Of a stretch of DNA of 64,000 bases, positions 55,023 through 62,897 are shown one piece after another. Within the stretch, counting starts at the first letter, position 1. The number at the start of each line of letters is the position of its first letter. Both the position numbers and the translations under genes were made by a program. Source of the DNA: Gammaproteobacteria bacterium (GTDB lineage: Bacteria; Pseudomonadota; Gammaproteobacteria; UBA6002); contig JACCWJ010000004.1 of assembly GCA_013697705.1 (NCBI GenBank), positions 30,938 to 94,937 of the forward strand. Direction: 5' to 3'. The notes beneath the pieces were generated by a model. It had not been told where the DNA came from. It did not search any database and saw only the letters and a program-made list of their open reading frames with translations.

Positions 55023-56393
55023 ATGTCCACTATTGAAATACGAAATCCCGCAAATGGCAACTTAGTCAAAACCTACGAAGAAATGTCCGAAGCCGAATTA
55101 AATACCATTATTGATAGTACCTTTAACGCTTTTCAAGAGTGGAAATCAACCTCTTTTAAAACGCGTAGTAGTTTAATGAGAAAAGCAGGCGAAATTTTAC
55201 GTAATAATTCTCGCGAATATGCTGAATTGATGATGATTGAGATGGGGAAACCCATTAAAAGTGGCATTAGTGAGGTGGAAAAGTGCGCGTGGTGCTGCGA
55301 TTATTTTGCGGAAAATGCTGAAAGTTTTTTAGCGCCTGAAATGGTAGCAACTGGGGCGAGCAAAAGTTATGTAACCTACCCCCCCCTAGGCGTGGTATTA
55401 GCTATTATGCCGTGGAATTTCCCTTTTTGGCAGGTGTTTAGATTTGCTGCGCCCGGTTTAATGGCGGGTAACGTGGGTATTCTAAAACATGCATCTAATA
55501 CCACGGGTTGTTCTGTAGCCATTGAAGAAGTATTTTCCAAAGCAGGATTCCCTCGGAATGTGTTTCGATCTGTGATCGTTAGCAATCAAGTCATTGATGA
55601 GGCGATTCCTAATAAGAAAATAGCCGCAGTGACATTAACTGGCAGTACCCGAGCTGGAATGACTGTAGGAGAAATTGCCGGTTCCTGTTTAAAAAAAGGC
55701 GTTTATGAATTAGGCGGCAGCGATCCTTATTTAATTCTTGCTGATGCCGACCTTGTTGCTGCAGTAGAAATCTGTGTGGCGAGTCGTCTTACCAATGCGG
55801 GACAAAGTTGTATTGCTGCCAAACGTTTCATTGTGGTGGAAGAGGTCAAGGAAGAATTTGAAAACTTATTTGTTAAAAAAATGAGTGAAGTAAAGATGGG
55901 CGATCCTGCTAAAGAAGACACAGAGATGGGCCCTCAAGCACGTTATGATTTACGCGATGCATTACATAGACAGGTAAAAGAAAGTATAGAAAAAGGGGCT
56001 GTTTGTCTTCTCGGAGGATCAATACCAAATTTAGCGGGCGCGTATTATCCGCCCACCGTGCTTACCAATGTTAAAAAAGGGATGCCGGCGTATGAAGAAG
56101 AATTATTCGGACCCGTTGCGGCCATTATTCCCGTGAAAGATGAAGAAGAGGCTGTCTTTGTTGCTAATGACTCCGAGTTTGGTTTAGGCGCGGCTGTATT
56201 CACCCAAAACCGCGAGAAAGGAGAAGACATTGCAGCAAATCGATTAGAGGCAGGAAGTTGTTTTGTAAATGGGTTAGTAAAGTCAGATCCTCGAATGCCC
56301 TTTGGAGGGATCAAGCATAGTGGTTACGGACGCGAACTCTCTCGATATGGGATCCAAGAGTTTGTAAATATTAAAAGCGTGATAGTAGAGTAA
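55023..56393 (+). CDS. NAD(P)-dependent aldehyde dehydrogenase (succinate-semialdehyde DH-like)
   Basis: Catalytic Cys GQSCIAAKR, Glu motif ELGGSDP, NAD-binding; strong RBS aggagg before ATG 55023 (ORF-track GTG 54978 likely over-extended). Confidence 0.88.
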   Translation: MSTIEIRNPANGNLVKTYEEMSEAELNTIIDSTFNAFQEWKSTSFKTRSSLMRKAGEILRNNSREYAELMMIEMGKPIKSGISEVEKCAWCCDYFAENAESFLAPEMVATGASKSYVTYPPLGVVLAIMPWNFPFWQVFRFAAPGLMAGNVGILKHASNTTGCSVAIEEVFSKAGFPRNVFRSVIVSNQVIDEAIPNKKIAAVTLTGSTRAGMTVGEIAGSCLKKGVYELGGSDPYLILADADLVAAVEICVASRLTNAGQSCIAAKRFIVVEEVKEEFENLFVKKMSEVKMGDPAKEDTEMGPQARYDLRDALHRQVKESIEKGAVCLLGGSIPNLAGAYYPPTVLTNVKKGMPAYEEELFGPVAAIIPVKDEEEAVFVANDSEFGLGAAVFTQNREKGEDIAANRLEAGSCFVNGLVKSDPRMPFGGIKHSGYGRELSRYGIQEFVNIKSVIVE

Positions 56394-56849
56394 TTACAGT
56401 TGGGCTAATAATTCTTGGATGTCGGAAAGTGTTTGTGCTAGATGCTTAACCGATTTAGGAATGACAATTAAGGTGTCATCTCCGGCCACAGTTCCAAGCA
56501 CTTTTAGTTTAACCATGTTGTGGTCAATTAAACGTCCAAAAAGGGAAGCAGAACCTGGGCTAGTGTGTATTACTATAAGTGACTCATTAGCATTAATGTC
56601 AATAATCAGATTAGACAGTAGACTTTTGGCCTGCGGCAGGGCAGGTTCTTTGGGCATAAGATACACTACATGGCCATATTCATTGCTCGTCTTCACCGCA
56701 CCTAATTTTCGCAGAAGCCTAGAAATTTTCGCCTGATTGACTTCGTAACCTAGATTTATCAAATGTTGTTTGATACCTTCTTGAGTAGCGGCTGTCCCCT
56801 CTACTAATAATTTTTTCATGTCCTCAAGCATCTTTGAAGATTTTGCCAT
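56394..56849 (-). CDS. argR: Arginine repressor ArgR
   Basis: N-terminal winged-helix (NQAKISRLLRKLGAVK) and C-terminal oligomerisation domain with IVIHTSPGSA and GTVAGDDT motifs paralleling E. coli ArgR. Confidence 0.85.
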   Translation of the reverse strand: MAKSSKMLEDMKKLLVEGTAATQEGIKQHLINLGYEVNQAKISRLLRKLGAVKTSNEYGHVVYLMPKEPALPQAKSLLSNLIIDINANESLIVIHTSPGSASLFGRLIDHNMVKLKVLGTVAGDDTLIVIPKSVKHLAQTLSDIQELLAQL

Positions 56850-56899
56850 ATAGCTATCCGATAATGTTGATCTAGAGCGATTAAATAACAGGACTACTT

Positions 56900-57625
56900 A
56901 TGCGAATTTCTCGATTCTATTACAATGGTCCATTAAGTAAAGATACCATTGTTAAGCTTTGCGAAGAAACTAGCCATTACATACTGCATGTTTTGCGCTT
57001 AAAGGTAGGGGCGAAAAGCGTATTGTTCAATGGTGATGGTAAAGATTATCTTGCAATACTGACGGACTGCTCCAAAAAAATAGTCACCTTAGAGATACAA
57101 GAGTCCATTAATGTTCATAAAGAGTCGCCGCTTAAAATTCATTTAGTCCAGGGAATTTCACGGGGTGAAAAAATGGATTGGACGATCCAAAAAGCAGTCG
57201 AGCTCGGGGTGACAGAAATCACGCCTATTATCACAGAGCATTGCTCTATTAAACTGGATGCAAGTCGCAGAGAAAAGCGTTTAGTGCATTGGCAAAAGAT
57301 TATGGTTAGCGCGTGTGAGCAATCGGGTCGTAGCAGCCTGCCCTCGCTAAATCCCATTGTTCAATTTGAGGACTGGATTTATCATCCCAGGCAGGAGATG
57401 AAATTATTCTGCGATCCTAACAGTAGCCAGCGCTTGTCTCATCTTCCCGCTGCACAAGAGATATTACTCATTATTGGTCCCGAAGGCGGTTTATCAAACA
57501 ATGAAATTTCTCTGGCGAACAAATATAACTTCACCGGTATCTCTCTTGGTCCTCGAATTCTTAGAACAGAAACGGCCGCAGTGTCTGCTATAAGTGTTGC
57601 TCAAGCGTTGTGGGGCGATCTATAA
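56900..57625 (+). CDS. rsmE: 16S rRNA m3U1498 methyltransferase RsmE
   Basis: 241 aa; N-terminal PUA-like domain, SPOUT C-terminus with GPEGG motif (IIGPEGGLS). Confidence 0.85.
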   Translation: MRISRFYYNGPLSKDTIVKLCEETSHYILHVLRLKVGAKSVLFNGDGKDYLAILTDCSKKIVTLEIQESINVHKESPLKIHLVQGISRGEKMDWTIQKAVELGVTEITPIITEHCSIKLDASRREKRLVHWQKIMVSACEQSGRSSLPSLNPIVQFEDWIYHPRQEMKLFCDPNSSQRLSHLPAAQEILLIIGPEGGLSNNEISLANKYNFTGISLGPRILRTETAAVSAISVAQALWGDL

Positions 57626-57727
57626 GGCGAGTCATTCAATTCAATTCTGTGGGAAATTCGCGATTGCAGTTGTAGTCTATATGCTTGTTAGGGATTATTT
57701 ATTCAATTAATTTGGCCTAATAAAATA

Positions 57728-57769
57728 GCTAAATGATTGATTCTAAATGATTGATTCTAAATGATTGTT
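57728..57769. repeat. Three tandem copies of a 14-bp unit (ctaaatgattgatt x2 + ctaaatgattgtta)
   Basis: Read directly; lies in 450-bp non-coding gap upstream of candidate sRNA. Confidence 0.8.
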
Positions 57770-57904
57770 AAATTCACAGGTATTTTTCAATACTGTAATT
57801 TTTACTTTGGTATCTTGTAACTCTAGCTGATTGCATTAGAGTGCCCATGGAATTGGGACGGAGTGGCTAGGATAGCAGCATAAGCATTTGCTTGTGGTAG
57901 ATAC

Positions 57905-58025
57905 CAAATGGAAATTTATGGTTTGCTCAGGGAGTGAGAGCTAAGCAAAGGAGTGTTGTGTCAGTTTTCAGGCAAGGATTGCCTGGAGGGGGCGGTTGAT
58001 CATTCAATTGCCTCCTTTTTTATTT
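57905..58025 (+). ncRNA. Candidate CsrA/RsmA-sequestering sRNA (CsrB/RsmY/RsmZ-like): five GGA motifs, stem-loops presenting GGA, strong terminator
   Basis: GGA at 57910, 57931 (gcuc-AGGGAguga-gagc), 57950 (CAAAGGAGUG), 57976 (ggca-AGGAu-ugcc hairpin), 57985; terminator stem 57985-58015 (ggcgguug/caauugcc, G-U wobbles) + U8 at 58016-58023; no ORF; 5' end uncertain. Confidence 0.45.
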
Positions 58026-58076
58026 AAAACTAGCTTTTCAGTGTTCATTTTGTACAATAACTCTTTCCCCTAAGTT

Positions 58077-58472
58077 TTGAGTTGTTTTATGACAGATTGG
58101 ACCTTTCTTATTCCTCTCTTCGGTCGTTTCTTACTTGCTTCTTATTTTTTAAAAGCAGGGATCAACAATGCACTTCATTGGCACAAAGTCTTAGGCTTAA
58201 TTAAATTCAAGAAAATTCCCTTTCCTAATCTAGTCTTATTTGCCGTAATTGCCACGCAAATTGTAGGCTCGCTGGCTATTATTTTTAATTATTACGCTGT
58301 CATTGCCTCGATTGCCTTAATTATTTTTACCTTGGTCGCTAATTTTTTAGTGTGTAATTATTGGAAAATGGAGGGAGTACAGCGCAGAAATGTCTCTTTT
58401 ATCTTTTACGCTAACATTGCAGTAATAGGTGCATTATTGCTTATTACTTCTATGGCGCCTGGAATTTACTAA
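58077..58472 (+). CDS. DoxX-family inner-membrane protein
   Basis: 131 aa, four TM helices, WTFLIPLFGRFLLASYFLKAG N-terminal pattern typical of DoxX; start may be ATG 58089. Confidence 0.7.
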   Translation: MSCFMTDWTFLIPLFGRFLLASYFLKAGINNALHWHKVLGLIKFKKIPFPNLVLFAVIATQIVGSLAIIFNYYAVIASIALIIFTLVANFLVCNYWKMEGVQRRNVSFIFYANIAVIGALLLITSMAPGIY

Positions 58473-58642
58473 TGCAGAAACGTTTTATAGCAGGTGCGAT
58501 GTGCCCTGCCTGCAAATCACTTGATAAAATTTGTTTGGAAAAATTACCCACAGAGCACAGGGTGGAGTGCGTTAGTTGTGGATATACAGATACTCGACTC
58601 TTAACACCGATGACTGATAACTTAAATGGGACTCCAAAATGA
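58472..58642 (+). CDS. YheV-family zinc-ribbon protein (DUF2387)
   Basis: 56-aa ORF MQKRFIAGAMCPACKSLDK...VECVSCGY with two CxxC pairs, aligns with E. coli YheV (KRFIAGAKCPKC...VECVKCGH); start overlaps DoxX stop, stop overlaps next start; missed by ORF track (<60 aa). Confidence 0.65.
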   Translation: MQKRFIAGAMCPACKSLDKICLEKLPTEHRVECVSCGYTDTRLLTPMTDNLNGTPK

Positions 58643-59427
58643 AAAAAATATTAATAGGCCTCTTTCTTGTTTCGTCAATGCAATGTGCTCTGGGATATAA
58701 CCCCCAAGATTTGAAAAGACTGCAGGAAACTTGCAGCTGTCCAGGCGGGGATTTATCAAATGCTAACCTTTCAAACTTCAAATTAGGCGATAAAAGCACG
58801 CTAAATATTCAGAAAGTAAAGATGGATAATAAGGGTTTCATTATCTGTAACATTTCAAACGCGAATTTTTCAGGCGCAAATCTACAAAATGCTTATTTCA
58901 GCCCATCGGATTTCGGGCCGGGAATTCATGAAAAAGTGGGCCAGATTATTATGCAACGAACCAATTTTAGTCGGGCAAATCTAGCGAATGCACATTTAAA
59001 CGCCGTTATGAGCGACTATGCTAATTTCGAAAATGCTAATCTCAAAAACGCAACTATTATGAAGGGAGCTTCTTTTAAAAACTGCAATTTTAGCCATGCT
59101 CAAATGAACAATATTTCAGTTTCCCCTCCTATGGGTGGTTGTGGTGCTATGTTTACTTTCAGTAATTTTTCACATGCTAATTTAATAAACAGCAAACTTA
59201 ATGCCGATTTCACCCAAGCAAATTTCAGCTTTGCAGATTTGATGAAGGCACAACTTACCCCTTGCGATGAAGATCCTAAGAATAGCTTTAAAGGCACAAA
59301 TTTTTTGAGTGCTAATTTAACGGGAACGACTTTTAATAATGAAAATCTAACTGAAGATCAGCTTATTAATGCAAAGTTATGCCATACAAAATTATCAAGC
59401 AGTATCAGTAATCGGGATTGTCAATAA
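58639..59427 (+). CDS. Secreted pentapeptide-repeat protein
   Basis: Signal peptide MKKILIGLFLVSSMQCALG; >30 tandem A(N/D)L/F-xx pentapeptides (ANLSN FKLGD ... ANLQN AYFSP ... ANLAN AHLNA ... ANLKN ATIMK ...). Confidence 0.85.
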   Translation: MKKILIGLFLVSSMQCALGYNPQDLKRLQETCSCPGGDLSNANLSNFKLGDKSTLNIQKVKMDNKGFIICNISNANFSGANLQNAYFSPSDFGPGIHEKVGQIIMQRTNFSRANLANAHLNAVMSDYANFENANLKNATIMKGASFKNCNFSHAQMNNISVSPPMGGCGAMFTFSNFSHANLINSKLNADFTQANFSFADLMKAQLTPCDEDPKNSFKGTNFLSANLTGTTFNNENLTEDQLINAKLCHTKLSSSISNRDCQ

Positions 59428-59441
59428 CTGAGATTTGGGAG

Positions 59442-59473
59442 GTCCTGGGTGACACGCGATGTTATTCCAGGAC
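59442..59473. other. Hairpin (gtcctgg ... ccaggac) between convergent pentapeptide-repeat gene and PNP gene; possible bidirectional terminator
   Basis: 7-bp stem with 18-nt loop followed by acgtttt on + strand; weak. Confidence 0.3.
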
Positions 59474-59480
59474 ACGTTTT

Positions 59481-60338
59481 CTAGGTGCAGACATCAGAAT
59501 CTACTTGCCGATTCGACACGGTAATTTTATTAATCAGTGCAATAATTAATTGACTTAAGTCTTCAGCCGCCATCTTTGCAACTCGCAGAACATTCTCATG
59601 TGTTAGGAATTCATCGCTCATTCCTACCGCCATATTCGTTATCGTTGAGATCGCTAACACTTTCATATTACAGTGCCTGGCAATAATAACTTCGGGTACG
59701 GTAGACATTCCCACCATATCCGCGCCCATAATTTTAAATGCCCGAATTTCTGCTGGGGTTTCATAACACGGTCCTAACGTAGCGAGGTATACGCCCGTCG
59801 AAATATTGATATTGAGTTCAGAAGCAGTTTGAGAAGCTATTTCCATGAATTCACTATCGTATGCATTTTGTAAAGAAGGGAAACGGGGACCAAAAGAGTC
59901 ATCGTTAGCGCCTACCAAGGGATTTTGAAACTGAAAATTAATGTGATCACTAATTAATACCAAATTACCCGGAGTGACTTCCTTTCTGAGGGACGCCGCA
60001 GCATTGGTTAAAATGATAGACTCGCAGCCGAGAAGTTTTAAGGTGCGAATAGGCGTTGAGATAGCAGCGCTATTCTTCCCCTCATAGGAATGCGAACGAC
60101 CTTGAAGACATGCAATTGGCACGCCATTGAGTAATCCTAATATTAAATTACCTTGGTGCCCAGCGACGCTCGTATCACTAAACCCGGGAATTTCACTATA
60201 GGGAATAACTATAGGGTTATTGAGCATGTCTGCAAGTTTGTTTAGGCCTGAACCTAACACAAGGGCCAATTGAGGCGAGAATTTGCCAGCACGTTTTTTA
60301 ATTAACTCTGCTGCTTGATGGGGAGAAGTAATATTCAT
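59481..60338 (-). CDS. Purine nucleoside phosphorylase (PNP/MTAP family, PunA/XapA type)
   Basis: 285 aa; LALVLGSGL, phosphate-binding HSYEG, MSTVPEVI motifs. Confidence 0.85.
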   Translation of the reverse strand: MNITSPHQAAELIKKRAGKFSPQLALVLGSGLNKLADMLNNPIVIPYSEIPGFSDTSVAGHQGNLILGLLNGVPIACLQGRSHSYEGKNSAAISTPIRTLKLLGCESIILTNAAASLRKEVTPGNLVLISDHINFQFQNPLVGANDDSFGPRFPSLQNAYDSEFMEIASQTASELNINISTGVYLATLGPCYETPAEIRAFKIMGADMVGMSTVPEVIIARHCNMKVLAISTITNMAVGMSDEFLTHENVLRVAKMAAEDLSQLIIALINKITVSNRQVDSDVCT

Positions 60339-60617
60339 TCATTTTTTTCGTATAGGTTATGAAAGGATCAGTTTTAAATTTTACGGGACCTGCAAAAGCA
60401 CGCAAATAATCCCATTTATTTCCTGTCTTATCAAGAACCTTTCTGTAGTCTAGTTAAATACAACTGTGCATTATTAAAAAAAAGAAGTCATTGCCGCTTA
60501 ACCAGCAGCCCGTAGACCTCATTTTTAACAGATTATACAGCTATAATTTTCTAAAGGGCTGTTATTAATGAGACGGAGCTCATGGCTATCTCAACGATTA
60601 CACTAAGGAGGTTGATT

Positions 60618-61073
60618 ATGAAAACCACCTGGATCTTAATTGCTAACGCGAGTGAAGCTCGATTATTTCAAGCAGAAAAAGTCACAAAAAAGATATTGCT
60701 CATCGATGAATTTTTCCATCCTGCCAGCCGCAAAAAAATTGCGAGTCTAGTCACTGACGTGCCAGGTCGCTATCGTAAATCGACCTCTACCCCGCTCAGC
60801 TCTTTTGAAGAGACATTTAATCCGAAGCAAGCAGAAGCCCTGCGTTTTGCGCGTGAATTAGCTGAAAAGCTCAACCTAGGGAGAGCCACTAATCGTTATA
60901 CTAATCTTATTCTGGTAGCGCCGCCTCATTTTCAGGGCTTGTTGAATAAATGTTGCAATCACCATGTAAAAAATCTAATTAGCAACACCCTCGATAAAGA
61001 TTACACAAAAATAAGAGAATATGATTTGCCGCATTACCTTAATGGCAAGCTATCATTTCGCAATGCCGCGTAG
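60618..61073 (+). CDS. Host-attachment protein family (PF10116-like)
   Basis: MKTTWILIANASEARLFQ N-terminus typical of this family; strong RBS aggagg 8 nt upstream of ATG 60618 (ORF-track start 60582 over-extended); ~151 aa. Confidence 0.5.
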   Translation: MKTTWILIANASEARLFQAEKVTKKILLIDEFFHPASRKKIASLVTDVPGRYRKSTSTPLSSFEETFNPKQAEALRFARELAEKLNLGRATNRYTNLILVAPPHFQGLLNKCCNHHVKNLISNTLDKDYTKIREYDLPHYLNGKLSFRNAA

Positions 61074-61133
61074 AGAAACGTTGACTCTAGATTACTAACT
61101 ACCGGGCAGGTTTTTAGTGCTAATAGTTACAAC

Positions 61134-61661
61134 TTACGTTGTAACTTGATGGGCCTGCAAACTGTCACCCGCGTTATTTTCTAAGAAATGCACAGTGGTT
61201 CCTATGCTGAGCTCTGCAAAAGGAACTTGGAGAACATTTGTTTCGTGAAAATAATATTCATTGCCCTCTGAGGTTTCAATGAATCCATAATCGGGAAACA
61301 AACGCACTATTTTGCCGGTAAGTTGCAGTTGGTGACTTTTAGTGGCACCTCGCAAAATATCGACGTAATCTTCTAGTTGGCGTTTCATCGCATTAAACGA
61401 ATCACGAATTGCCACATACAAATCTTCATTGCGATGACTGTGACGATTTACTACTAGCACTTTACCGGGGACATCAACTTCAATATTAACTTGAAATTCT
61501 TTTCCTTGATGTTTGTTTTTTTGTGGCGCTTCAACCACAACTCGACAGTAAATGATGCGATCATATAAATGATGTAGTTTTTCAGCTTTTTGCCTGATTT
61601 TGGTGTCAATTGCTTCGGTGTGCTCAATGTCGCGAATAGTAATTTCTAATGGTAATTGCAT
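61134..61661 (-). CDS. hpf: Ribosome hibernation promoting factor (HPF/RaiA, S30AE family) fused to C-terminal cold-shock-domain-like module
   Basis: N-terminal 105 aa align with E. coli HPF (MQL.I...TEA....KLHHLYDRI..VVV...DLYVAIRDSFNAMKRQL); C-terminal 65 aa TGKIVRLFPDYGFIETSEGNEYYFHETNV...GTTVHF resembles CspA fold pattern (G.V..F...GFI....G...FH...V). Confidence 0.7.
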   Translation of the reverse strand: MQLPLEITIRDIEHTEAIDTKIRQKAEKLHHLYDRIIYCRVVVEAPQKNKHQGKEFQVNIEVDVPGKVLVVNRHSHRNEDLYVAIRDSFNAMKRQLEDYVDILRGATKSHQLQLTGKIVRLFPDYGFIETSEGNEYYFHETNVLQVPFAELSIGTTVHFLENNAGDSLQAHQVTT

Positions 61662-61700
61662 AATAACCCCTTCTTATAATTGTCTTAACTTTTTAGCTCA

Positions 61701-62156
61701 TCAATGTTTTAAAATATTAGGGTGCACTAATTTTTCGAAATCTTTATAAGACATCTTTATTAGCTCCGTATGTTTTCCTCCACTAAAAGCAATTTGATCA
61801 TCCTTAGTTAATTTCTCTGAGACATACACGTCCATATCGTACAAATTACCAAACGGGGGCACTGCGCCCACTTCGCAATCTGGAAATTTATCTTGAAATT
61901 CAGATTCGCTTGCTAATTCTATTTTCGAGCCTTTTAAGAGCTCTTTCAAGGATTTTAAATTCACTCTTTGATGTGCGGGTTCAACCACCATTGCAAATTT
62001 ATCATCTACTTTAATAATGACTACTTTTGCAAGATACTTACCAGAAATGTGACAATTAGCGGCAATTTCTGGTGCAGTATAGGCCGGTGTATGCTGAATT
62101 ACTGAATAATTAACATGATTTTTATCTAAAAAATCTTTCACAATATGTTTAGCCAT
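61701..62156 (-). CDS. YbaK/ProX-type aminoacyl-tRNA deacylase domain protein
   Basis: 151 aa; conserved ...YTAPEIAANCHISGKYLAKVV...VGAVPPFG pattern of YbaK/EbsC family. Confidence 0.65.
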   Translation of the reverse strand: MAKHIVKDFLDKNHVNYSVIQHTPAYTAPEIAANCHISGKYLAKVVIIKVDDKFAMVVEPAHQRVNLKSLKELLKGSKIELASESEFQDKFPDCEVGAVPPFGNLYDMDVYVSEKLTKDDQIAFSGGKHTELIKMSYKDFEKLVHPNILKH

Positions 62157-62195
62157 TGTAGTGACCTCCTGTAAAAAGAGAGCTACTTACTCATA

Positions 62196-62879
62196 TTATA
62201 GCTTTATTTTATCAGAGCTTCTTTTGAATGATTCAACGCTATCTGGCGTGGACATAAGTATTACATCTGCAGGCCGATGCGCAAATAAGCCATTATCAAC
62301 AACGCCTGTGATTGTTTTGATCTCATCTTCTAATTTCAAAGGTTCCATTATTTTCAAATTATAGACGTCGAGAATGATATTGCCATTATCGGTAATGCAT
62401 CCTTCACGATAAACTGGGCTACCACCCAATTTTACCAGTTGCCTGGCCACATAGCTTCTTGCCATGGGTATAACTTCGACAGGGACGGGACAATCAACAC
62501 CCAACACCGAAACTCTTTTCGACTCATCAATAATACAAACAAATTTTTTGGCTACTGTGGCAATAATTTTTTCACGCGTCAGTGCACCTCCGCGACCTTT
62601 GATAAGGTAGAAATAATCATTGACCTCATCAGCGCCATCCACATACAAAGCTACTTGATCAACTGTGTTTAACTCAAATACAGGAATGCCAAATTTTTTC
62701 AGCTCATTTTCAGTGGCTTTAGAACTTGCAATGGTGCCTTCAATTTGATGTTTAACCTTGGCGAGGGCCTCAATAAAATACTGGACTGTAGTTCCTGTCC
62801 CTACGCCTATGATGCCCTCTTCAGGGAGATATTGAAGCGCAGCTTCAGCCGCTTTTTTTTTCATTTCGTTGGCATTCAT
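62196..62879 (-). CDS. rpiA: Ribose-5-phosphate isomerase A
   Basis: [23 protein letters not shown] motifs; 227 aa (start may be ATG at 62864). Confidence 0.9.
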   Translation of the reverse strand: MNANEMKKKAAEAALQYLPEEGIIGVGTGTTVQYFIEALAKVKHQIEGTIASSKATENELKKFGIPVFELNTVDQVALYVDGADEVNDYFYLIKGRGGALTREKIIATVAKKFVCIIDESKRVSVLGVDCPVPVEVIPMARSYVARQLVKLGGSPVYREGCITDNGNIILDVYNLKIMEPLKLEDEIKTITGVVDNGLFAHRPADVILMSTPDSVESFKRSSDKIKL

Positions 62880-62897
62880 ACAGGTGTCCTTATCGTG

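Noticed and set aside
57640-58070. Search of the large rsmE-doxX gap for tRNA, tmRNA, SRP RNA, 6S RNA or RNase P RNA signatures
   Set aside because: No GGTTCGAATCC-type T-loop, no tmRNA or SRP RNA (ffs) conserved blocks found. The GGA-rich, terminator-ended segment fits a CsrB-family sRNA better, and this is reported as a finding instead.
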